From the IMG/VR virus record IMGVR_UViG_3300025668_000001, positions 1 through 52,831 of that record: a DNA stretch of 52,831 nucleotides; one strand, written 5' to 3'. Source of the DNA: a virus (taxonomy: Duplodnaviria; Caudoviricetes). The notes under the pieces are model-generated. The model was not told where the DNA came from. It searched no databases and was given only the letters and a program-made list of their open reading frames with translations. Both the position numbers and the translations under genes were made by a program. This document shows, piece by piece, positions 17,042 through 26,411 of this stretch. Position 1 is the stretch's first letter; every line of letters starts with the position of its first letter.

Positions 17042-18887
17042 CAGAACACGAAGTAACGCCAAACAGGCTATACCTTATGCCTACAAGCCGGACGAAGAAG
17101 ATCCGCTAATTGTAGTACCTGACATGGACATGGTCCCTCTAGTTGAAGAGGCTATGGACTACCTAGACAAGGGTCATTCGCTTAGAGAGACCGCACACTG
17201 GCTGTCCGAGAAGACTGGTAAGAAGATCTCTCATCAAGGCTTGAGTAACATCTGGCGTAGGCACCGTAACAGTGACCGTCAGAAGACATTAGCTAAAACA
17301 GCTAAAAAGCGGAAACCCAAGACACCCAAGGATAAGTACGAGGCCCGTCTCAAGCGCAAGATCTCTGACTCCAAGCGTGTGAAGACAATGGCGGAGAAGA
17401 AACTCTCTGAGATGAAAGAGCCAGAAGAACGGCTCGGAATGCCATCTCGGGGGATTAGCGAGGGACTAGACTTTGAGGCCATACCCGAAGAACGGGAAGT
17501 TATATTCAAACCAAACGCCGGTCCACAAACAGAGTTTTTGGCGGCACCAGAAAGAGAAGTCCTTTATGGCGGCGCAGCCGGTGGCGGAAAAAGTTTTGGA
17601 CTACTCGCAGACCCCATGCGATACTTTTCTGTCCCTGAATTCAATGGACTTATCCTACGACGCACAAACGACGAACTCAGAGAGCTTGTCTGGAAAAGTC
17701 AGGAATTATATCCGAAAGCGTACCCGGGAGCGAAATGGCAGGAGAAGAAGAGCCAGTGGGTCTTCCCATCAGGAGCCAAGCTATGGATGACCTACCTTGA
17801 GCGAGACGAAGATGTTTTGCGGTATCAGGGCCAAGCGTTCAGCTACATAGCCTTCGACGAACTAACTCAACACCCCACGCCATTTGCGTGGACTTACATG
17901 CGCTCACGCTTGCGTACAACAAACCCAGACCTCCCTGTGTTTATGAGAGGCACTACAAACCCCGGCGGCCCCGGTCACCAATGGGTTAAGTCGATGTTTA
18001 TTGATCCAGCCCCAGCGGGTCGTCCGTTTGTGGCTACCGACATCGAGACTGGCGATCCACTCTTATACCCGGAGAACCACGACAAAGCGGGTCAACCTTT
18101 ATTCTACCGGCGGTTCATTCCTGCCACACTGAGAGATAACCCCTACCTATTTGATGAGGGTACATACGAAGCCAATCTCTTATCTCTACCAGAGATGCAG
18201 AGGCGGCAGTTGCTAGAGGGCGACTGGGCTATTGCCGAAGGCGCTGCCTTCTCCGAGTTTAAGCAGTCTGTCCATGTAACCGAGCCATTTGAAATCCCAA
18301 GTGAGTGGCGTAAGTTCCGCTCGTGCGATTACGGTTATAGCTCTTATAGTGCGGTTCATTGGTTTGCTATTGACCCCTCCTATGAAACACTCTATTGTTA
18401 CCGTGAACTGTACGTTAGTAAGCACACTGGTAGGGACTTAGCAAAGGCTGTTCTTGACGCAGAGCGTGGTGAAAGTGTACAATATGGTATACTCGATAGT
18501 TCTTGCTGGCATAATCGAGGGCAAATCGGACCAAGCATTGCAGAAGAAATGATCTCTATCGGCTGTAGATGGAGACCGTCTGATCGAAGTGCTGGTGCCC
18601 GTGTAGCTGGTAAAAACAGATTTCACGAAGTTTTGAAGGTAGACGAAGACACCGGAATTCCCGGTATAGTCTTCTTTAACAACTGCCGACAGATAATAGC
18701 AGACCTCCCCGTAATCCCCTCTGACCCAAAGGGTACGGATGATATCGATCCTCGATACAAAAATGACCACGCATACGACTCGGTAAGATACGCAATCATG
18801 TCTAGGCCGAAGGCGTTCTCTCCCTTCGATATGGGCGGAAAACCTATCACTGCGTGGCAACCTTCTGATTCAGTATTTGGATACTAA
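17028..18887 (+). CDS. terL: Terminase large subunit with an N-terminal HTH-like extension
   Basis: Walker A GGAAGGGKS, Walker B IAFDE, TTNPGG, nuclease residues DYGY and DHAYD. Confidence 0.93.
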   Translation: MAWDNRTRSNAKQAIPYAYKPDEEDPLIVVPDMDMVPLVEEAMDYLDKGHSLRETAHWLSEKTGKKISHQGLSNIWRRHRNSDRQKTLAKTAKKRKPKTPKDKYEARLKRKISDSKRVKTMAEKKLSEMKEPEERLGMPSRGISEGLDFEAIPEEREVIFKPNAGPQTEFLAAPEREVLYGGAAGGGKSFGLLADPMRYFSVPEFNGLILRRTNDELRELVWKSQELYPKAYPGAKWQEKKSQWVFPSGAKLWMTYLERDEDVLRYQGQAFSYIAFDELTQHPTPFAWTYMRSRLRTTNPDLPVFMRGTTNPGGPGHQWVKSMFIDPAPAGRPFVATDIETGDPLLYPENHDKAGQPLFYRRFIPATLRDNPYLFDEGTYEANLLSLPEMQRRQLLEGDWAIAEGAAFSEFKQSVHVTEPFEIPSEWRKFRSCDYGYSSYSAVHWFAIDPSYETLYCYRELYVSKHTGRDLAKAVLDAERGESVQYGILDSSCWHNRGQIGPSIAEEMISIGCRWRPSDRSAGARVAGKNRFHEVLKVDEDTGIPGIVFFNNCRQIIADLPVIPSDPKGTDDIDPRYKNDHAYDSVRYAIMSRPKAFSPFDMGGKPITAWQPSDSVFGY

Positions 18888-18890
18888 CAC

Positions 18891-21026
18891 ATGGCTTTAA
18901 TGGACCGCCCCGAAGATCTCTCTACCGACGCAAAGGCAGACGACACTAACGTCATTGCCTTAGAAGAGGATGGAGATGTACCTCAAGAGAACCTCGAGTT
19001 CTCTGGCCTAGTGGCCTACATCAACTCCCAGTATCAGCGGTCTAAGACCCGCCGGGAGATGGATGAAGAGCGGTGGCTACAAGGATATCGCAACTATCGT
19101 GGCTTGTATGGCCCCGAGGTTCAATTTACGGACACAGAGAAGTCTCAAGCATTTATCAAGATCACCAAGACTAAAGTCCTAGCCAGCTATGCACAGATCG
19201 TAGATGTTCTTTTTGCAGGGTCTAAGTTCCCAATCGGCATTGAACCACGGAAGTATCCTAACAACGTGGCCGACTCTGTGTCTTTTGATCCTAAGAAGAT
19301 CACTCCAGAGAAGATCGAAGAGAAGCTCGGTAAACAAATTGGCACAAAGAACAACATCACCCGCCCAGACTTGGAGCGGGATGCAGGTCTATACAACAAA
19401 AAACTACAGGACGTTGAGAATGATCTTGAGATGGGTCCGGGGACTACCCCGTCTGCGGTTACTTGGGAGCCAGCTAAAAAGGCGGCTGCTAACATGGAGA
19501 CCCGCATCCATGACCAGTTGGATGAGACAAATGCAGACAAACACCTACGCTCAGTCGCTTTCGAGACAGCTTTGTTTGGTACTGGCATACTCAAAGGACC
19601 GTTTGCTTACGATAAGGAATACCCTCGCTGGAACGAAGATGGTGAGTATGATCCTATCATCCAGACTATTCCAAAAGTAGAGGCAGTAAGTATCTGGGAC
19701 TTCTACCCAGATCCAGACGCACGTTCTATGTCAGACGCAGAATACACAGTAGAGCGTCACCGCATGAGCCGTACACAGGTACGGGCACTAAAGAACCGTC
19801 CATTCTTCCGTGAGGAAAGCATCGAACTCGCTCTTGAGTTTGGTACGAACTACACCCAGCACTATTGGGAAGACATCCTCGAAGACAATAACGTGGACTC
19901 AGATATAGATCGTTTTGAGGTTCTGGAATATTGGGGCATCATCGACACCGAGACAGCTATGGCTGCCGACATAGAGATCCCTGAAGAATTCGAAGACAGA
20001 GACGAAGTACAAATTAATGCTTGGGTGTGTAACGGCCAGATCCTCCGTTTGGTTATGAACCCGTTTACCCCAACCCGTATTCCATATGCAGCGGTTCCTT
20101 ACGAATTGAACCCGTACAGCTTCTTTGGCATTGGTGTGGCAGAGAATATGGAAGACACGCAGTTGCTGATGAATGGCTTCATGCGTATGGCTGTCGATAA
20201 CGCAGCATTGTCTGGTAACCTACTGATCGAGGTGGACGAAACTAACCTTGTACCCGGCCAGGATATGAAGGTTTTCCCGGGCAAAATTTTCCGGCGTCAG
20301 GCGGGTGCCCCGGGTCAAGCGATTTTTGGCACCAAGTTCCCCAACGTAAGCCAAGAGCTAATTATGATGTTCGACAAGGCCCGTCAGTTGGCGGATGAAA
20401 GCACTGGTATGCCTTCCTTTGCACACGGCTCCACTGGAGTTATGGGTGTAGGTCGTACTGCTTCCGGTATGTCTATGTTAATGGGTGCCGCTGCACAGAA
20501 CATTAAGGCCGTAGTCCGTAACATCGACGACTACCTTCTTAACCCTCTAGGCCGAGCTTTGTTCGCATTCAATATGCAATTCAACTTCGACAAAGACACT
20601 GTAGGTGATCTTGAGGTCGTGGCCCGAGGTACCGAGAGCTTGATGCGGAATGAGATCCGCTCACAGCGACTTATGCAGTTTATGAACATGACGGCTAACC
20701 CAGCCATGATGCCTTTCGTGAAGTATGATTATATCCTTCGTGAGATTGCGGCGTCTATGGATCTGGATGAAGCGAAGGTCTTAAACGATCCTCGTGAAGC
20801 AGCACTACAGGCAAAACTAATGGCTGAGTTACAAGCCATGATGCCACCACCACCTCCACAGGCACAACAGCCTCAGGGTGGTCCACCTTCACCACAAGAT
20901 CCTACGGGAACTGGCGGAGGTAATATTGCGCCCGGAAACGCACCAGAACCCGGCTCTCCCGGCTTCACAGGCGGCGGCGGTGGCGCAAATGGTGGCAACC
21001 CGCCACCCCAACCCCCACAAGGATAA
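18891..21026 (+). CDS. Portal (head-tail connector) protein
   Basis: 711 aa after TerL; FGTGILKG and WDFYPDP motifs; Pro/Gln/Gly-rich tail. Confidence 0.88.
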   Translation: MALMDRPEDLSTDAKADDTNVIALEEDGDVPQENLEFSGLVAYINSQYQRSKTRREMDEERWLQGYRNYRGLYGPEVQFTDTEKSQAFIKITKTKVLASYAQIVDVLFAGSKFPIGIEPRKYPNNVADSVSFDPKKITPEKIEEKLGKQIGTKNNITRPDLERDAGLYNKKLQDVENDLEMGPGTTPSAVTWEPAKKAAANMETRIHDQLDETNADKHLRSVAFETALFGTGILKGPFAYDKEYPRWNEDGEYDPIIQTIPKVEAVSIWDFYPDPDARSMSDAEYTVERHRMSRTQVRALKNRPFFREESIELALEFGTNYTQHYWEDILEDNNVDSDIDRFEVLEYWGIIDTETAMAADIEIPEEFEDRDEVQINAWVCNGQILRLVMNPFTPTRIPYAAVPYELNPYSFFGIGVAENMEDTQLLMNGFMRMAVDNAALSGNLLIEVDETNLVPGQDMKVFPGKIFRRQAGAPGQAIFGTKFPNVSQELIMMFDKARQLADESTGMPSFAHGSTGVMGVGRTASGMSMLMGAAAQNIKAVVRNIDDYLLNPLGRALFAFNMQFNFDKDTVGDLEVVARGTESLMRNEIRSQRLMQFMNMTANPAMMPFVKYDYILREIAASMDLDEAKVLNDPREAALQAKLMAELQAMMPPPPPQAQQPQGGPPSPQDPTGTGGGNIAPGNAPEPGSPGFTGGGGGANGGNPPPQPPQG

Positions 21027-21028
21027 GT

Positions 21029-21169
21029 ATGGAAGATACAGTAATATATAACCCCGTATTTGAAGATGATGAATCTTGCTGCCCTACTTGTGAAGATCAC
21101 GAGTATTGCATGCAAGTGTCGTGTGCGTGTGAAAGGCAACACTCATCGGATAATGTTGTAACAGAATAA
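21029..21169 (+). CDS. Small acidic Cys-rich protein (46 aa), not in ORF track
   Basis: MEDTVIYNPVFEDDESCCPTCEDHEYCMQVSCACERQH...; AAGGA SD; fills the gap exactly. Confidence 0.6.
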   Translation: MEDTVIYNPVFEDDESCCPTCEDHEYCMQVSCACERQHSSDNVVTE

Positions 21170-21172
21170 TCA

Positions 21173-21388
21173 ATGGACAAACAGTTTTATCGCCAGCTTC
21201 TGTTGCTGGTTAACAACGAGGATCAGTACCAGCGTCTCATTACATACGTTGATGCCCGTATCCAGCAAATCAGACAATTCATGGACACAGAGAAGGACCA
21301 CCACCGCATCCTAGAGATGCAGGGAGCCATCTCCGAATTGAAGCGATTTAAAACCCTCAGAGACGAAGTCATTAAGGGCGCAGAATAA
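21173..21388 (+). CDS. Conserved hypothetical protein downstream of portal
   Basis: QG-containing helical protein in the typical post-portal position. Confidence 0.8.
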   Translation: MDKQFYRQLLLLVNNEDQYQRLITYVDARIQQIRQFMDTEKDHHRILEMQGAISELKRFKTLRDEVIKGAE

Positions 21389-24300
21389 ATGAGCGAGAAT
21401 CCTAACGAGCAAGGTTTGATGGCAGACGTTAATCCAGACGCCATAGCTCCCCCGGACCCCAACGATCCAGACATCACCTCAATTACTGAAGACGAAATCG
21501 ATATGATCGAGCGTCTGGTGTTTGCGGAAGCTGGAACTGAGGGTGAAGAGGGTCGTGACGCTGTTCGTGGTGTGATATTCAATCGACTATCGTCGGACAG
21601 GTTTCCCAACTCTGTACAAGAAGTTATTGAGCAACGAGGCCAATTTGAGCCTATTGGCAAGCATGGGAATGTATTTAACATCCCTGTCCCAGAAGATAAG
21701 CTCGAGAGCCAGAAGTACGAGATGGATGCCTATCTCAACACCGGCGTAGATGCGTCTGGTGGCCGTACCTTCTTCCTGAACAAAGACATTGCGAAGCGTC
21801 GGGGCACAGACTTCTCGGGTGATAAGCCTCTCACGATAGGTAAGCATACATTCTACTCTGGGTTCCCGGGGCAAGAGCCTGTACGGGTATCACCTACATC
21901 TCACAACATTACTGTGGTGGACAGCCGTCCGGGTACTATTGAACAACTTATGGACGGAACTATGGCTCCGGTTATTTCCGAAGACGCCGTGGCTCCCGCT
22001 TCTGATCAGGAAGCCCTAGTGGCAGACACTGGATCTCAGTTCGCCAGCCTAGCTCCTACTAACGACACAGCATCTACTCCCAGTCCTCGCTTATCAACAG
22101 CCACTGACGATGTTCTGTCTAATTTTACTACTCGTGATCGTTCTGATGTGGGTAACCAGACCCGCTCTATGTTTAACCTCGATGCTCCGGGCACGATGGA
22201 AGACTATGATGCAGATACTGGCCGAGTAAACACAGGTATCCTGCAATCTATCCGTGAAGCACTAGGCTTTGCAGAAGGCGGTATGGCTGTATCTCCTAAC
22301 CAAGACATTGAGCCGCCTCAGGGTGATGGCTCTGTCTTACTTCCCTATGAGCCTACTCTCCAAGAGAAGGCCAAGTACGCAATATCAGGCTTCCTACAAG
22401 ACAAGTTTGGTATGGGTAACTACGAAGCTAACGATCTATCGGAAAAGTTTACGGGGAATCCAAATGCGACTGACGGAAGTTATGGTATTGGCATTGCTGA
22501 TTTTACTCCTGCCGGTCTTGTTTTTGGTGCTGATAACGCAAAAGACAGCTTCCAAAGAGCAAGAAACACAGATGACCGACTTGGAATGGGACTTGCGGTG
22601 GTCGAAGGTGGACTCGCAGCCGCAGAAGCCTTCCCCCTCACAAAAGGACTAGCGAAGGCGGGTAAGCGTGGTCTAGAGAAGCTATCCGACGTAGCAGCCA
22701 ATATGGACCCTAATACTGTAGGTTCCCTTGGCGGGAATATCTTCTCTGACATTCCCCCGGCAGCAAACGCACAAAAAACACAGATTGCAGGTACTCTTCC
22801 TACTTACCGCAAAGCAGACGTGATTTTAAACGAGAATGCACCAGAAGGTGATACTTTAGACTTTGGTGCGGGACTAGGTCTCTCTCAAAAGGAATTGGGG
22901 TACGATACATACGAACCCTTTCCTCGAGAGGGATTTGATCCGACATTTCAGTCTGCGGGAGATATTCCTGACAACTCCTACTCTCGGGTAACAAACTTTA
23001 ACGTACTGAATGTTGTACCTCCCGAGATGCGTGATGAAATTGTACAGGACATTGGTAGGGTTCTATCTCCAGACGGCGTGGCCCTCATTACTACCCGTGG
23101 TCGGGATGTTATGTCTGCTAAAGGAACCCCGGGTGATGAGCCTATGTCTTTAGTAACCTCTATTGGAACCTATCAGAAGGGTTTCACGCAGAAGGAGCTA
23201 CAGGAATACATCACTACAACGCTAGGCGAAGGCTTTGAGGTTACTCGCCTGAAGTTAGGTCCAGCCGGTGTGCAGGTCCGTAAGATTGCAGATACTACAC
23301 AGACAGCCGACTCAACCCCTGCACAGGCCGTATTAGACATCCGTGCGGCTCAAATGGATCTGGCGGTTAAGGATAGAATCCAACCCAGTGGTGAGAACCC
23401 TCTGTTTGATCTCTCCCCGGAGAGCTACACGAACACCCTACCAGAACAAAAGCCTACATATGTACCTCGCCAAGACGTAGGTACCAATAAACCTCTTCCC
23501 GGCAATGACCGGGGCCGTCCTGTCAGTGCCGCTATGGACAAGATAGCGGACCGTCTAGCAGAGCGTATGAAGCCTTGGCTGGGTACAGAAGCACAATATT
23601 TCTATCACACCGGACCTATCGTAGACAAAGCCTTAGACATGGGTTTCTCTAAAGAAGAGATATACGACTGGATGAAGGAGTTTGCCGAGGCATATGCTGC
23701 CACAAGCCCTCGTACAGAGACGGCACAGAACATTCGTAATGCAACCTTGGTAATGACCAAGCGCCAGCTAGGCATCGATCTAGATGAGATGATTGGTCCG
23801 GGTGGTACTGGCATTAACGAAAGAGGCTATCCTATGATGATTGGCCGTAAGGGCGATCTTGCACCGGATAAGGATGGCAATCTAAAACCCCTAAAAGCAG
23901 ACGGTATCCATAGGAAGCTACGGGATGATGTAGACGCAGGGGGCATCAATCCAGACACTAATCCCAAGCCAGCTACCTTTGCTGAAAACGTATACGGAAA
24001 CCTAGATGGCGTTACTGTAGACACTCACGCTGTCCGTGGTGCCTTAGATGCTATGAATGAGATAGATCCGGGTAGCATTCCGATTGACTTCATCAAGCCT
24101 AAGTACAGAGACAAGTATCTTGCAGACCCGTCTTCTCTAAACCCTGCCACAATGATTGATGACTCGATTAAATCTCAGACAAATAAAGGTCAGAGTAAGC
24201 AAGTAGAGTATGCAGTATTCTCTGACATATATCGCTTGGCCGCTGAAAAGCTCGGGGTATCCCCGGCGGAAGCACAGTCTATGGGCTGGTTTGGTTCCGG

Positions 24301-25267
24301 TGACAGCACAGGCCTTGCATCTGAACTGAAGTCCGTAGCACGTCTTCTCGATGAACGTATCGACGTAACTGCACAGGCTATGGGTGAGGACAAGGAAACA
24401 GTCTTCCGCAAGCTACTAAACCGAGACATCCCAGTTCTACAGATATTTGGTACCGCTGGAGCGGGGGCCGCAGCCCTCGGATCTATGGATGAACAGATGC
24501 AGCAATTCTCCAAAGGCGGTCTCACGCAAGGGGAATCCGAAAAAGGTATCCGCACCCAAGAGGGCAAGGACATGGCCGATAAAGTCTTCAAGCTGGACTT
24601 TAGTAAGGCCGATATAAATGACGATGGCAAACTATCCGAGTACGAGAAAGCTCGAGGCGAAGCTATCCAGAAGGCAACAAATGAAGAGGATGGCATTATG
24701 ATGGCTGCTCACGGCGGAATGCCTTGTGGTTGTGGTGGAGATTGTGACGGATCGTGTGGTGATGACGGGTCTATGCCCGGAATGATCGTAGGCACTGACC
24801 CCGTATCAGGTAACGAGATCCCTCTAGGGTCAGAGGCAGAGAATGTTCGGGACGATATCCCAGCGATGCTGTCTGAAGGCGAATACGTCTTACCGGCAGA
24901 TGTGGTCAAATGGCATGGCCTCAAGCACATCTCGAGCATGATGATGGAAGCCAAGGCCGGTCTTATGTCGCTCCAAGCGATGGGACAGATCCACGAAGTA
25001 GAAGAGGTCTTCTATGATGAGGAAGAAGAATACAGCGATGATATGGTGGAGTGCCCTGAGTGTGGCGGCGAAGGTTGTGAACACTGCGACGGCATGGGCT
25101 ACCATTCTGAAGCTGAAGAAAGTTATGAGACACCTGAAGGTAATGAAGTAGACATTGCCGAGGTGATTACCGAGGAGGAAACTCCCGAGTACGACGAAGA
25201 AGAAGATACCGTCGAGACTATCAGTTATGCGATGAAAAGCACCCCAAAGATTGCTTTCATTCGATAA
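21389..25267 (+). CDS. Large multidomain protein: SleB-like cell-wall hydrolase, class I SAM methyltransferase, HhH-like domain and conserved C-terminal domain
   Basis: VFAEA...VIFNR...QFEP...IGKHTFY; LDFGAGLG...NVLNVV; VTVDTH...AEAQSMGW; DDIPAMLSEGEYV. Confidence 0.75.
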   Translation: MSENPNEQGLMADVNPDAIAPPDPNDPDITSITEDEIDMIERLVFAEAGTEGEEGRDAVRGVIFNRLSSDRFPNSVQEVIEQRGQFEPIGKHGNVFNIPVPEDKLESQKYEMDAYLNTGVDASGGRTFFLNKDIAKRRGTDFSGDKPLTIGKHTFYSGFPGQEPVRVSPTSHNITVVDSRPGTIEQLMDGTMAPVISEDAVAPASDQEALVADTGSQFASLAPTNDTASTPSPRLSTATDDVLSNFTTRDRSDVGNQTRSMFNLDAPGTMEDYDADTGRVNTGILQSIREALGFAEGGMAVSPNQDIEPPQGDGSVLLPYEPTLQEKAKYAISGFLQDKFGMGNYEANDLSEKFTGNPNATDGSYGIGIADFTPAGLVFGADNAKDSFQRARNTDDRLGMGLAVVEGGLAAAEAFPLTKGLAKAGKRGLEKLSDVAANMDPNTVGSLGGNIFSDIPPAANAQKTQIAGTLPTYRKADVILNENAPEGDTLDFGAGLGLSQKELGYDTYEPFPREGFDPTFQSAGDIPDNSYSRVTNFNVLNVVPPEMRDEIVQDIGRVLSPDGVALITTRGRDVMSAKGTPGDEPMSLVTSIGTYQKGFTQKELQEYITTTLGEGFEVTRLKLGPAGVQVRKIADTTQTADSTPAQAVLDIRAAQMDLAVKDRIQPSGENPLFDLSPESYTNTLPEQKPTYVPRQDVGTNKPLPGNDRGRPVSAAMDKIADRLAERMKPWLGTEAQYFYHTGPIVDKALDMGFSKEEIYDWMKEFAEAYAATSPRTETAQNIRNATLVMTKRQLGIDLDEMIGPGGTGINERGYPMMIGRKGDLAPDKDGNLKPLKADGIHRKLRDDVDAGGINPDTNPKPATFAENVYGNLDGVTVDTHAVRGALDAMNEIDPGSIPIDFIKPKYRDKYLADPSSLNPATMIDDSIKSQTNKGQSKQVEYAVFSDIYRLAAEKLGVSPAEAQSMGWFGSGDSTGLASELKSVARLLDERIDVTAQAMGEDKETVFRKLLNRDIPVLQIFGTAGAGAAALGSMDEQMQQFSKGGLTQGESEKGIRTQEGKDMADKVFKLDFSKADINDDGKLSEYEKARGEAIQKATNEEDGIMMAAHGGMPCGCGGDCDGSCGDDGSMPGMIVGTDPVSGNEIPLGSEAENVRDDIPAMLSEGEYVLPADVVKWHGLKHISSMMMEAKAGLMSLQAMGQIHEVEEVFYDEEEEYSDDMVECPECGGEGCEHCDGMGYHSEAEESYETPEGNEVDIAEVITEEETPEYDEEEDTVETISYAMKSTPKIAFIR

Positions 25268-25339
25268 TTTGCGTGGCATGGGCTACCCGCAAAACCCCGG
25301 TTAATTCCGGCTACTTTTCGGCCCCCCAAGGAGAAAATC

Positions 25340-26119
25340 ATGGCTAAGTACCGTGGTGGGTATCGGGATGACCTCGATACCGCAGAGAAACCATACTCGG
25401 AAGAGATGGTTCAAGAGGCGCAACCCGCACCTACTGATAATGATGAAGCATCGTTCAAGAAGCGTTACGGTGACCTTCGTCGTCATATGCAAAACCAGAT
25501 GTCCACGAAAGATCGTGAACTTCAGGAGATGAAAGCACAGCTAGAGTCGGCTACCAAACAACAGATCCGGTTTCCAAAGTCGGAAAAAGAAGTAGCGGAC
25601 TGGATGAAGAAGTATCCTGACGTAGCCTCAATCATCGACACGATTGCACAGAAGCGTTCCTTAGAGGCGCTGGCGATGGGTGAGAAGAAGATGGAGAGCC
25701 TAAAAAAGCTCGAAACCAGCATCACCCGTGAGAAAGCAGAGATGTCCCTAAAGCGGCTACATCCAGACTTTGATCGAATTCGCCAAGATCCTAACTTCCA
25801 TGCATGGGCTGGTAAGCAGCCTAAATGGATTCAAGACGCTCTGTATAAGAATGCTAACGATCCTATATCTGCCGCACGGGCAATTGACCTGTACAAGGCG
25901 GACAAAGGTATCAAACGAACTCGAGCCACCAGCAACGACGCAGCTAAGTCTGTAGGCCGCACAAGCGGATCAGCCCCGGCGTCAGGTGGACGTGCCCGTT
26001 TCACAGAAAGCCAAGTCAGCAAAATGTCTTCGGCAGAATATGAAAAGAACGAGGCAGCTATTCTGGAATCCATCAAGCGTGGTGACTTCCAGTATGATAT
26101 GTCGGGCGGTGCCCGATAA
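25340..26119 (+). CDS. Capsid scaffolding protein
   Basis: FKKRYGDLRRH, coiled coil, HPDF; immediately before the major capsid gene. Confidence 0.75.
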   Translation: MAKYRGGYRDDLDTAEKPYSEEMVQEAQPAPTDNDEASFKKRYGDLRRHMQNQMSTKDRELQEMKAQLESATKQQIRFPKSEKEVADWMKKYPDVASIIDTIAQKRSLEALAMGEKKMESLKKLETSITREKAEMSLKRLHPDFDRIRQDPNFHAWAGKQPKWIQDALYKNANDPISAARAIDLYKADKGIKRTRATSNDAAKSVGRTSGSAPASGGRARFTESQVSKMSSAEYEKNEAAILESIKRGDFQYDMSGGAR

Positions 26120-26128
26120 ACAGACCCC

Positions 26129-26158
26129 TTGATTATACGCACCTAAGGGTGGTATAAT
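26129..26158 (+). promoter_or_regulatory. Sigma70-like promoter of the capsid gene
   Basis: TTGATT-18bp-TATAAT with TG just upstream of -10. Confidence 0.65.
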
Positions 26159-26411
26159 ACTAGGGCATAAGAATTGCATAAGTAGCAATCTATAAGGCAA
26201 CGTAGAGCCACTGAGTTAAGTCTACCTCTACAAAACCAAACCCCAATACAGAAGCAAGAACCTCGAAGACTACCAGAGCCTGTAGGCCCGTGGATGGTTA
26301 GCGCCTGAAACGCACCCTAGAGCAAGTTCTGCCCTTACTTCGTTCTTCTATCTGACCTTAGCAAGTCACTCTTAGTGACTTTTGTTATCGCCATTAGAAG
26401 GAGAACAAACA

